From Podarcis filfolensis (taxonomy: Eukaryota), in NCBI GenBank assembly GCA_964270895.1, contig OZ185443.1: DNA of 64,000 nt; one strand, written 5' to 3'. Positions 51,256 to 62,345 of the stretch are shown here, piece after piece. The position numbers and the translations under genes are program-made. Positions within the stretch are counted from its first letter, which is position 1. Each line of letters starts with the position of its first letter. Below the pieces are notes generated by a model. The model ran no database searches. It saw only the letters and a program-made list of their open reading frames with translations, and was not told the DNA's origin.

Positions 51256-51907
51256 GGCAAGATAATAAAAATAAAACAGATAAAGCAGTTAAAACAATAT
51301 AGCACAGTCCCTTACTCCTAGCAATTGTGAGCTTCATCAGAGCAGTCTGGAAGTCTATCTATCTCTGGGAAGGGTGCATTTTAGTGGCATGCCATATAAA
51401 CGCTGTTTAAAATGGGGAAGGGGGAGAAAAGTTAACTGATAACAGAGTTGTGAATTAATGCTCCCTTAGAAAAGGAATTTTGTAATTAGGGTTGGTACAT
51501 CTACTAGGGGAGGGATACATTACTCATTTGCATTTGCTGATTCATTTAATTAGAATTCATAAATTGTGTGCCAGTGTTCCACATATCAGCTGGGATGGAA
51601 ATAAAGATCAGTTGAATCACTACCCTAATTGTAGTGCACTTAACTGAGGAGTTTGGCAGGCTGTTGGAAACCAAAAAGGAAATTGCATGCAATACATAAG
51701 AGTGAAGAGCCTAGGCTTTTAAGAAGCACCAGTTCATGTGTATAGATAACTAAAGCGATTAAGCTCCAACATTCACCATAGCTTGCTTAAAAAAGAGGCC
51801 AACACAGTACATGAAATAGTAAAAGCGTTAGGATTCCTGTGAAATCTCAGTGTTCATTGACTTATATACCCTGCCTTTGAGCCTTCTCTATTTCTCTCTC
51901 TTCTCAG

Positions 51908-52075
51908 TCAATGGAGGATGGTCAACCTGGACCGAGTGGTCCGTCTGCAACAGCCGTTGTGGAAAAGGCTCCCAGAAGCGCACAAGAACCTGTACCAACC
52001 CTGCTCCACTCAATGGAGGTGCCTTCTGTGAAGGCCAAAGTTTGCAGAAAATAGCTTGTACCACATTGTGTCCAG
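51908..52075 (+). CDS. UNC5C: UNC5C coding exon (exon 6), first thrombospondin type-1 repeat; 168 nt, phase 1-1
   Basis: tctctcttctcag|TC AAT GGA...TGT CCA G|gtatg gives (V)[55 protein letters not shown]; WxxWxxW motif and six Cys. Confidence 0.98.
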
Positions 52076-54248
52076 GTATGTCAAATATAACTCTGATGGG
52101 TCCACTTCTGTATATTTTGTTTCCATCTTGTTCTTCTAGCATCAAGCTTTGGGGAGATAACTGTTTTCTTGTTCCCCCCTCCCCTCCCTTTCAGTGGGTA
52201 AATGTTTCATTCTGTTATATAAATGCACAGAATGGTGTGCAAACAGCAGTAGGTTCATTCCAATTATTGCACAAAGCTTACCCGCCATCTCTGTTCTTTG
52301 TAATTTGCAATTTACGTAACATTTCAAAGCTCAAAATCTTAAGAGACTTAAGTCTTAGCTCTGTTGAAATCTCTGGAAGTAAACTGGAATTTAAGTATAT
52401 AAAAGGATTCTGAGCAGTAAAGCTGAAAACAATATTTTAAGCTCTTGGGTGAAGACTTTTTTACCTGCCGGGACAAACAAGGGCATTCGTAGGGGAACTT
52501 TCCCCCCTTCTTGCTACATTTTGGTCACCTTGCTCAAAGACTTGAGACTAGAGATTTGATATTTTTGAATACTTGTCAATATATTTTGTTTTAAAGCATA
52601 TTTTAGATATTTTGTTTTTGTAAACTGCCTGAAGATTTTTTTTATAGTAAGCAATCTATAGATTGACTAGTAAAGAACATACAGTAATGAATAAATAGAG
52701 ACTGGTAAACTCTCCACATCTCATTTGGGATTGATTTTGAAATAATCTGAGGTTCCACCCCCACCTCTGCAAAACAAAATAAACACAAAGAAAGAACTTG
52801 GATAATTTTCTGAACCAACACAAGTCTCTGAAAATGACCCATCCTACCTATCTCCATCAGACCCAGCAAACACACACACACACCTGGCCAGTGACAACAT
52901 GAACAGCAGTAGTATGTGTAGAAATGGGAGATGGGGAGGTCTGTCTCCCTCCCCATCTTTCACCATGACTTTCTGGCCCTTGATAGTTGTAGTAACCTAA
53001 GCAATAGCACTTGGAATACTACAAATCTCAAAGACCACTGTGTCTCTCTCCCTAGTGCACTGCTATGTAGGGCTCTAAGTTGATGGACAAAGAGAGGGCA
53101 AGTGTCCAACTTCCCATCTCCCTATGTGCTTCAGTTGCTTGTGATACTGCTGATGTTGTCCAAGTATGCAAAAGAAACAGAGAGCATGTTTGGCAGAGGA
53201 AACAGCCTAAGGGCAACAGTGTTTTGGGGTCAAGGAGGGTCAGAAATTTAGTGTCACTTCTGCATCTATGCTCAAATCTTGTGTGTTTGGATGGGGTGGC
53301 AAGTGAGAATTATGGTGCAGCTAATCAGGATTATTAAATCTAATGAGTGACACAAACTCCAATGAGGAAGGTGTTAGCCCAGCAGCTTGCTATTAGACTG
53401 CTGCTTCTCATACTACAAGCATTTGTTAAAGCAGAAAGTCATCACTGTGGATAGTTGGGCTCAGTCTTATCATGAAGTCAGTGACCACATCAGAATCACT
53501 GATTGCTTCCATATACGCTTCATATTGAATGTTAAACATGATTTATGTTCACACAAAGTTTGTGGAGGTGTTATACAATGTTAGCTGTTAGATTTCCTAT
53601 TTGTTTGCAGTGATGCTATATGTCACAGTGTCAAGCAATTCTTATCCCACCACATTCTCCTTCACTTTTCTTTGCTGTAAAAAGTACAGATTTTTATTTG
53701 GAAGAGGGTTTGTTGTACAACCCGAGTTTGCACAACCTGAATTCTCTGAGATACATTAAATCCCACCCAACAAATAGTGGGAATCTGGAAGTGTCCACTG
53801 AATCAGTGTTAGTAGCCAAATAGAAAGGGCTGCATATGTATATACGCTAGCAGCTTCCTGGGTGGAATTTGCTGTCCTTGAGCAATATGAATTTAATGTC
53901 AGATCACCATAAGACTTCATTACAGCATGGCACCCCCACAATCTAGGCTGTTCCTTAAACAAATAAGGCAAATGGTCCAAAAACAGACTGAAACGAAGCC
54001 CTTTAATATAGGCTTCAGAGTATTTTCAGACTAAAATAAATATTCTTGATATTGCATGATCTGTATTTTGCTTAAACAAAATATCAGCTTTCTCAAATGT
54101 TGTACCACTCTTCATGCACAGCAGATTCGCATCTGGGTTTTGTTTTTTTTAAAAAAGACTTTATAAACAAGTCTTTATTTGCATCTCTGCCTCTTGCCTC
54201 CCTCCCCTTCAAAATTGATTTTTTTTTTTTTACTTTTTTCTGGAACAG

Positions 54249-54413
54249 TAGATGGAAGGTGGACACCGTGGAGTAAATGGTCTACCTGCGGAACAGAGTG
54301 TACCCACTGGCGCAGGAGGGAATGCATGGCCCCAGCACCAAAGAACGGGGGGAAAGACTGTGAAGGCCTTGTCTTACAGTCCAAGAACTGCACAGATGGT
54401 CTGTGTATGCAGA
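54249..54413 (+). CDS. UNC5C: UNC5C coding exon (exon 7), second thrombospondin type-1 repeat; 165 nt, phase 1-1
   Basis: Poly-T tract, then tggaacag|TA GAT GGA...ATG CAG A|gtaagt gives (V)[54 protein letters not shown]. The following transmembrane exon was not found in the window. Confidence 0.98.
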
Positions 54414-55210
54414 GTAAGTAGAAGTACATGAATGCAGCTACACTGGCATTGTGATTTGTAGAAGAAAGAAACCCGCTGAAAAAAACAATTAAAGATTCAA
54501 TATTCTCATACTATATTGCTGGAGTGGATCCAAAAAGGACCCTCCAGTGGTGGGTGGGAAACCCACAATCCTGCATTTAAAACATTTGGCAGAAGTTTCA
54601 GAAAAAAGTCTTGCTCTGTGCTCCATTTGGGAAGAATTTCAACTAAAGCTTGCTAAGCATGGGAGGCCATGCTTCTTTAAAAAAAGGGGGGTGCACAATT
54701 GCATGAGGGTTTTAACAACAAATCCTTCATATATATATATTTATTTATTTTGCCACCTGTACTGATCTCCCCCTCACCTTAATTTCTCCCTCCTGGGATT
54801 TGGACTTGCAAGCTTCAGCATGAGACCTGGCAAAGTTCTTGTGTGTCTTCTAGGTCTTGAGTGCAACTGGAACCTGAACAAATCTCAGCCTGGAAGTGCC
54901 TTTAGGCACTGGCTGAGCTAAAGTTCCAAACCTTACTAGATAAGTGCTAGTTTCTGCTTAGTGTATACCTCTATGGGATTGGTGTGGGTCTAGTCCTGCA
55001 TGAGGATTTTTTTAAAGGAAAGACTGTGGTCATGGTACTAGATTTCTGCTGGCTCCTGTTCCTAAATACTTGTTTCATGACATATTCATTTAGGCTACAA
55101 TCCTCAGCACACTTATGAGGGAGTAAGCCCCATTGAACAAAGTGGGATTTTCTTCCAAATAGGAATCCAAGAAGCCGCCATACACCAAGTGAGACCAGCT
55201 CCATCTAGCT

Positions 55211-55351
55211 CAGGGTTTCCCAAACTTGGGTCTCCAGCTGTTGCTGGACTACAACTCCCACCATCCCCTAGCTAGCAGGACCAGTGGTCAGGGATGATGG
55301 GAATTGTAGTACCAAAAAAACCAGCTGGAGACCCAATTTTGGGAAATCCTG
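55211..55351. mobile_element. Near-palindromic 141-bp hAT (Charlie-like) MITE inside a Squam2-like SINE (55165-55502, -)
   Basis: TIRs cagggtttcccaaacttgggtctccagctg / cagctggagacccaattttgggaaatcctg; perfect 8-bp TSD ATCTAGCT (55203-55210, 55352-55359). Confidence 0.92.
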
Positions 55352-56917
55352 ATCTAGCTCATGATTCTTCATACTGACAGCCAGCAGCTCTCCAGGATTT
55401 CAGGCAAGGAATATTCCCAGCACAAACTGGATATACCAGGGATTGCATCTGGAACCCTTCAACATGCAATGTGCATGCCTTACTACTGAGCTACAACCCT
55501 TTCAAAGTAAATGTGCACTGATAGGCTCACATATTTAGGAGTCAAAACCTTTTGAACAAGCTTCCAAATAAACATGCATAGGATTGTACTGATAGGATAT
55601 ATACAACGAACAGTTTTCACTGGGCCATGGCAATGGTATAAGAAGATTGATTATTGCCTATGGGCAACACACATTAACTTTTTCTGCCCAAATATAACCA
55701 CTGTTCAAATAGATTGCGAAGGCTTTTGAAGCACTGCAAAGACTTTAGGGTGATGCTTTCCCCTTCCCTTCCTTTTTGGTTCAAGTTACCTCAAAGGTAA
55801 CAAAAAAAATTCCATGTAATATTTATCTGACAATATCTGTTCTTGTCAGCCATCTTGTAAGGTTGTCTCCAGTTCATCAGTGTATGGGAGGGAGGCAAGA
55901 AGCTTATGACTTTAGAAAGAAGCATATTTTTGTAATACTGAGTGGGGGGCAGGGGAATATCTATTCTTAACTTAATTTCCTGACAGTATGTCTTGGAGAT
56001 AGAAGAGATAATGTACATATAACTCTGCTGGTGTGAATGGACCATTATGACAAATTAGCAAGGAAATATATCTCCTTCATTTCGAGCAGAGCTTTACTGC
56101 CAGATTATATTTAGACAGATGTGTGTCATCTTTGTGTGCGTGCAGAGTCATTTAAGCAGAAATATTTTGGAGAAGGGAGATTTTTATGTGACTGAAGAAT
56201 AAGAGCCCTATAGGAATGTCATTATTATGTAGATAGTATATTATTTTTTATGCTATTGCATACAAACCTATATTATTAGCCATAGGATGGAAACTTTCAT
56301 GACTTGGTCCAATTCACAATACTGGCTTTGGGTTCAGATTCCTCCTCAGATTCTTCCTCAGATACAAGATAGGTGAGTAATGTTGGGCCAAGTAGTAGTA
56401 ATAGTGAATGGAAGATCTTAGCCATCTGGAATGTACTTGTGATAGAATACACATATAGAAGAAGTTAATCCTCTTATACACAGTCAGGGATATGTAGCTG
56501 CATAAATAAATACAGATGTCCTAAAAAACATTGCTTTGTATCTACAAGCCTTTTCTCTTCCAGTCCATTATTTGCTACAGTAACATCACTCAGGCAAATC
56601 AATAAGCTCTTTCATTCACCTAGCCCTACTCCTGTGTAAAGAAGCAGTCAGAACTGCTATCGATTTCTTTGCGGATAAAAACTGTGGAGCTTTCCCTGAG
56701 CCCCTCCGCCCCTCAAACCCTAATAATGATAGTATTTTTCACCCAAAGCTGTAGTTTCTGCTTACCGCTAACTGTGGTATTTCTGGTGCAACTTGGCTGT
56801 CACATTTATTCAGACTAATGATCTTGCCAGTACACACACTCTCTTATTCTGTAGTTAGTATTTTCCCCCTAACGTGAAAGGATGAATAGTCATTAAGTCA
56901 GCGTGCCTTCAGAGAGA

Positions 56918-56951
56918 GGGGGGAGAGGGAGGGAGGGAGGGAGGGAGAGGG
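56918..56951 (+). repeat. (GGGA)n purine tract
   Basis: ggggggagagggagggagggagggagggagaggg read directly. Confidence 0.9.
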
Positions 56952-57312
56952 AGACAGCAAGACCGAACTGGAAAATAAAACTAGCTGTAGTGAAAATTTA
57001 GAACTGGTGTTATTAGAAAAGGCCTCCCAAGTACACAACCTCTACTAGCTGGAGCCCTTACAATAATTTAATAATTATTGTAATGGCTTTAATTAGGCCT
57101 CAGCCACTGTCTGTGTTGTAAGGCACATTAAAAGTCTGGCCATCTGCCATCTGGAAGAGTTCATTTATTTACCTCTACATGTGCCATATTTTCATGTGCA
57201 TTAAACATCAACAGTTTAGAAAAACCAGTGTATCAGGATTGCGTAGAAAGAGATAACTGTGGAGTTAATAAAATGAAAACTGTAGGGATGACCCAGTGCA
57301 TAGTCTGAATTT

Positions 57313-57383
<71 letters not shown>

Positions 57384-57388
57384 ATATA
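57313..57388. repeat. Compound microsatellite (TA)12(TG)21
   Basis: Read directly; alternation continues to 57388. Confidence 0.95.
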
Positions 57389-57869
57389 AACTGAGCACTG
57401 GTGTCACCCCACCAACCTGTTGTGGAGAGAACTTTGGATCTAGAGTGATCAAGCACCTCCAAACAAAGAGCTACTTCCTCCCTAGACCTCATTGTTGGAC
57501 CCCTGTGGTTACTTGTAGGAAAAGCAATTTTCACGTATAAAATAGTAAATTATTCCTAAGCAGGAGAATAAGGCTGCAGTCCTAAGCATACTTTCTACAT
57601 GCAAAATAAACTTTGCATATATACGAGCCTTATTCAGGCATTCCATGTTTATGCACAGCATGAGGCAGAGGGGTAGCATCGGGGGCTGCAAAGAGAGGCA
57701 AAAGTGTTCACCAAAATTGTTCAGAGCGAGGACAAAGCTTTCTGCCCTAACTCTGAATTGGCTTAGTGATGTCATGTAACCAAATCTGATTTGTCTTCAT
57801 GGGATTGCAACATAATCACTTCAGCTGAATAATATCCTTGACTAATAGTAGTATGCTATGAGTAGGGGG

Positions 57870-58220
57870 GGGACGCAGGTGGCGCTGTGGGTTAAACCAC
57901 AGAGCCTAGGACTTGCCGATCAGAAGGTCAGCGGTTCGAATCCCCGCGACAGGGTGAGCTCCCATTGCTCAGTCCCTGCTCCTGCCAACCTAGCAGTTCG
58001 AAAGCACGTCAAAGTGCAAGTAGATAAATAGGTAACACTCCGGCGGGGAGGTAAACAGTGTTTCTGTGTGCTGCTCTGGTTCGCCAGAAGCGGCTTAGTC
58101 ATGCTGGCCACATGACCCGGAATCTGTACACCGGCTCCTTTGGCCAATAAAGTGAGATAAGCGTCGCAACCCCAGAGTCGGTCACAACTGGACCTAATGG
58201 TCAGGGGTCCCTTTACCTTT
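57870..58220 (+). mobile_element. Full-length Sauria SINE (Squam1)
   Basis: A box, B box ggttcgaatcc 57933-57943, tail ...ggtccctttaccttt; flanked by duplicated tatgagt plus G-run. Confidence 0.93.
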
Positions 58221-58913
58221 ATGAGTGGGGGGGGGGAACAGATCAGTTCACACCATGAAGTATTTTATCAACTTCAGAGGAATATATTATTATTTTTTTA
58301 TGTCATGGATCTGTAGCTTCACTGCAGTCCACTTCTGTTGAAATTGCCACCTGTCCTTCAGTGGTGGACCTTGGGCTCTCAAATTTCAGTGGTGCCCTGT
58401 GCTACACTAAAATTTTGCCATCCCCATCTCTCACACACTGTTCTACATCATTATTACGGCACCCCCTGTGTGTGAGTCAGCTGATGGGACATTCCAGGAT
58501 CCAATCAGAAGCTGGGATACTCTACTTAAATCAGGAGGGTTGAGCAGTATGGGAACCCCAAGGCAGGAGGAATCCAAAATGGAGACTGACTGAAGGTGGG
58601 GGACAGACAACCAGGTGGGAAGGGAGTTTAGAATCAAGTAGCTACAAAGAAAGAAGAGCAAAGGAGAAAGACACAGAGAGAGAGAGCGAGAGAGGAGTCT
58701 CTTTCTATTCATACTGATAAGACAGGACAGAATAGAGAGATGACAATAAAAATTGTGAAATCCAAGATTTTAATGGTGCTGGGCTTAGGCACAAGTATGC
58801 CCTAGGTCATCCACCCAAGCAGCCACAAAAGATTGCAGCAAACCCTGCAGTGTCAGTCTCAGTTATATCTCAGTTGCAGGTTGGAGGGCTGTGCTGAGAG
58901 AGAGTAGTTTGCG

Positions 58914-59653
58914 TGTTCAGACCTTTAAACCTCCCCCTTAAATAAATTCAGACAAGACTCAAATTTTGGTTTGGTTTTTGGCAGAATTTAGGCCACAACT
59001 TTATTGATTACAGCAAGTAAGTGGTTGCATAGGCTCTGGTTCAACTAGCTCCCTGCACTGTTGCAGGTAGCACTGACCCAGGGCACCAGCATAGGTCAGC
59101 CTAGCGTGAACACCTGGATAAGCGGAAAGCCGGAAACAGGCTATCTCTGCCACCCAAATGCCCCCCTGGACCTAGGCACGGGCACAACCCCCTCACAGGG
59201 GTTGACCAAACCATTGAGTCCCTGGATTCCTTTAGCAGAATACCCTTCACATAGGGATGGCGAGAGCATTCTCCCATCCCTATCACATGAACCAGTGCCT
59301 ATGTGCAATCTTACAAGTTGTGACGATTTGCTACGCGGCAGGCGAAACACAAATGGCATCAGCCAAGTGGGGGAAATTCCTGCTGTGCCCCTGTCCCAAC
59401 GACAGACGACGGCATAGCAAGGTCAAGCGCACAGCCCTAAATATAGGGAGAGGTGGGCAGGTGTTCCGATGCACGCACCGAAAGAGGAAGTTCTGGGTCA
59501 CATGCATAGGTATATAGGTCCCTTGATCCATTTAGCTTGCGTCCCATTGACCTGATTGAACCCAGCATCAAGGGACCTACCAATTGGCTGTTGTGGCTAT
59601 TCAATTAAACCCACCCACAACACAGGGTTTAGTTACCAGGTCTCTCTGCAACA
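58914..59653 (-). mobile_element. Solo LTR (740 bp), CpG-rich
   Basis: Termini TGTTCAGA / TCTGCAACA; 4-bp flanks tgcg (58910-58913) and tgtg (59654-59657); on -, CCAATTGG 59580-59587, TATATA 59511-59516, AATAAA 59000-59005. Confidence 0.7.
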
Positions 59654-60830
59654 TGTGTCCTCTTTAAGGGAGGACCCGATTTACAGCAAGCCTGCAATGT
59701 TAAAAATGCTAATACTGTATGTCAGAGATGAGACTGAGACTAGTCCAGATTCCCATTCCAAAATACCACTCAGGTTGCAGCAAAGGTTAATCTAGGTGAA
59801 CTACTGCTTCAGTCTTCCTTGCTGGCCAAATTAAACCCTTAGTTGCATGAAGAAGCCTAATGCTCCACTAACTAGCATGCAGACTGGTAGCACTTTAAAA
59901 TGTGCGAATACTTTTTTAAAACATGCATCCAAGTTAGAGCAGGGAGTCCTGTTTATGATGCTGTTTTTTGTTTGCTTTTTCAGTGGGTAACACACATGAA
60001 CACACACACACATACCAGGGGAACAGGCTGCTTGCCCATAAATCCTGAGCTATGGATTTAGTCATAGCTCTCCAGGAGCTGCTCTCTCTATGTTTTGCAC
60101 ATTGACCTCCAAGCTGTTCCTTGAGGGGAAAGAAAGGTTAATTTAACAACTCTGTCTTTTGTGTTGTAGTAATGTTACAGCACAATGTTAATCTGGCAAC
60201 ACACATAGCCCTGCATAATTAAGTGGTCATGTCAGGCCTTTCCTATGCAATATGTGTTCAGATTCCCTCTGTGCTTATTTTAAAAGTTATAATGGATTAT
60301 AGATCATGATATTAGTGATGTGAACCTATCACGCCCTTGAGCAGATTAGCTGGCAGTAAGCAAAAAAGAAGGCTTTTGCTGTTGTTTTGTTGTTGTTGTT
60401 TTAAAAAAGCAAAAAATAAAATAGTTTTCTTGGAAGATCATCACAGTGAAACCCTCTTGAGTGCACACAAAGGAATTAAATGAGCCTTTGTATTAAAATG
60501 GAATAAGTCACTCTGAATATACCTGCCTATCTGCATAATCACATTCCCAACCATCCAGATGCAAAGCACATGCACACAGGGGCTTTCTGCACTTGATATG
60601 GCACTCAAGCACTAAATTATATGCAGGAAAGCATTCATGCAAACAAAGATCCGTGGGGGCAACATGTTTCTGTACTAACATAATTTACTTCTGTGTCAGG
60701 GCTGCCTTATTGGGCCAGGTCCACAATCTACTACCCCCTCTGTTGTGTGGACACTTGTGTGATAGTGGTTGAAGAAGGTAGACATGGGAAGGTATTAGAT
60801 AAAGACGTTGTAACACTGGTCCATCTAGTT

Positions 60831-61298
60831 CAAGGGTGGAGAACTTCCCCCTCTCAGCAGGTGAAAATTTTATCATCCCTAACCATCATGGACCAAATGA
60901 TGCCAGTTGATGTCATAATGATGTCAGGTGATGAGCCTCTTTGAAGGCACACTGGCTGCAGAAGGAGGGAGTAGTTTCATTTCAAACGTCTGATGAAGCT
61001 GCTTTTCCTTCATTTTAGCAGCAATACTCTTCCTGCTCCTGGTGCAAAGTCCACTCGACCTGTGCATCAGTTGATGGGTCATGGAAGCACATCTGGCTCC
61101 AGCAAAGGAGCACTCAGGAGCTCACTTTAAGCTCCCAGGTTCCTTTGAAGCAACATTGATACCTGCCCTACACTTGACATCACAGATGACATCAGGTGTG
61201 CGGCAGGTGGGTGTGGTTTGCCAAGAAAGTGTTGGTGGACCAATTTGGGCCCCCTTCCAGGCTGAATTTAGCCCATGGACTGGAGATTACACACCACA
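60831..61298. mobile_element. Older 468-bp hAT element inside a second Squam2-like SINE (about 60780-61445, -)
   Basis: Left end caagggtggagaac; right end decayed ...tttagcccatggactggagattacacaccaca; flanks atctagtt (60823-60830) and atctagcc (61299-61306); host SINE resumes after it. Confidence 0.6.
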
Positions 61299-61491
61299 AT
61301 CTAGCCCAATGCTACCTATGACCGGCAGTCATCCTCCCAGGTTTTTAACAGAATTCTATCCCAGTTATGCATTGAATTGCCAGGGATTGAGCCTGGGACC
61401 TTTTGCATACAAAGCCTATGCTGTCAGTACTGCTGAGCTGATCTATGTGGCTTTTAGGAATCAGATGCACTAAATGAATGCGAACTTGTAC

Positions 61492-61813
61492 ACAGTGGTG
61501 AAGGAAGGCTCTCCAGCACCCAGGGCAGGGTGTCGAGGGGTGGGGCAAACCGTCCACAGGGGCAGGGCAAACCACCCGGCGGCACATCTGTGGCGCCGAT
61601 AAGGACAGCGCCACTCAAGCAGCTTACGGACAGCGCTCGAGTGGCACCCTTCGTTCCGGAGGTCCGTTTTTATCCTGAGGTGTGCTTTTGCTAATGGGGC
61701 CTCCGGCATGTGATTTTCGTTCGCATCCTGGGGCAAAGTTCACAACCAGGAGCAGCTACTTCCAGGTTAGCAGAGCTCGTAACCAGAAGCGTTCGTAACC
61801 AGAGGTACCACTG
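61492..61813 (-). mobile_element. Chimeric Tigger/pogo-like MITE variant
   Basis: Right end taaccagaggtaccactg|TA and about 165 bp match the 36314-36543 family; the left about 155 bp is unrelated GC-rich sequence starting cagtggtg. Confidence 0.6.
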
Positions 61814-62274
61814 TAAATTCAAATGCATGCATGTAAAATTTCCCTACTGGGTATCAAAGATAGAAGAGGGAATAATATGAGCCAGATAGCAGCCTAAGTC
61901 TGTACCATCTAGTTTTTTTTAAAAAAAGCTGATATAACATTATGGTCATAAGTAAATGGTATAGCAGTGTCTCTATAGCTAAAACAGATTATGGAAAAAT
62001 CCATGCAGAATCTACTAAAGAGGATGGGTAGGTCTAGTGTGCTTTAGAACTTGATTTATTGAAATTTGACTACACTAAATAAAAGATTACTCAGCTCAGG
62101 TTCTGGTCCCCAAGACAGACTTTTAGAATGAACAGCAGCTATCCTGCATGCCACATAAATCTTACAAAACTTAATATAAGATGTTAATAAAAATGTTAAA
62201 AAATCCTACTAGGAGTTACCTTGAAAACATTGTCCATTCTATCTTTCTGCAGCCCATAGAGCTCTATAATAAAT

Positions 62275-62345
62275 TAATAATAATAAATTTTTATTTATAC
62301 CCCGCCCTTCCCAGTTTAAAAACCGGACTCAGGGCGGCTAACAGC
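62275..62345 (-). mobile_element. L2-type 3' tail retaining CpGs
   Basis: aataataataaatttttatttataccccgcccttcccag...ctcagggcggctaacagc. Confidence 0.65.

Noticed and set aside
51850-52413. 187-aa ORF as a single-exon protein (likewise 33699..33914, 48646..48930 and 54179..54421)
   Set aside because: Only the exon portions match UNC5C; the flanks are intron read-through across clear splice sites.
57145-57200. FIY-encoding stretch as the optional mammalian juxtamembrane mini-exon after TSP1-2
   Set aside because: No polypyrimidine tract or AG acceptor in the right phase, no donor, and similarity limited to three residues.
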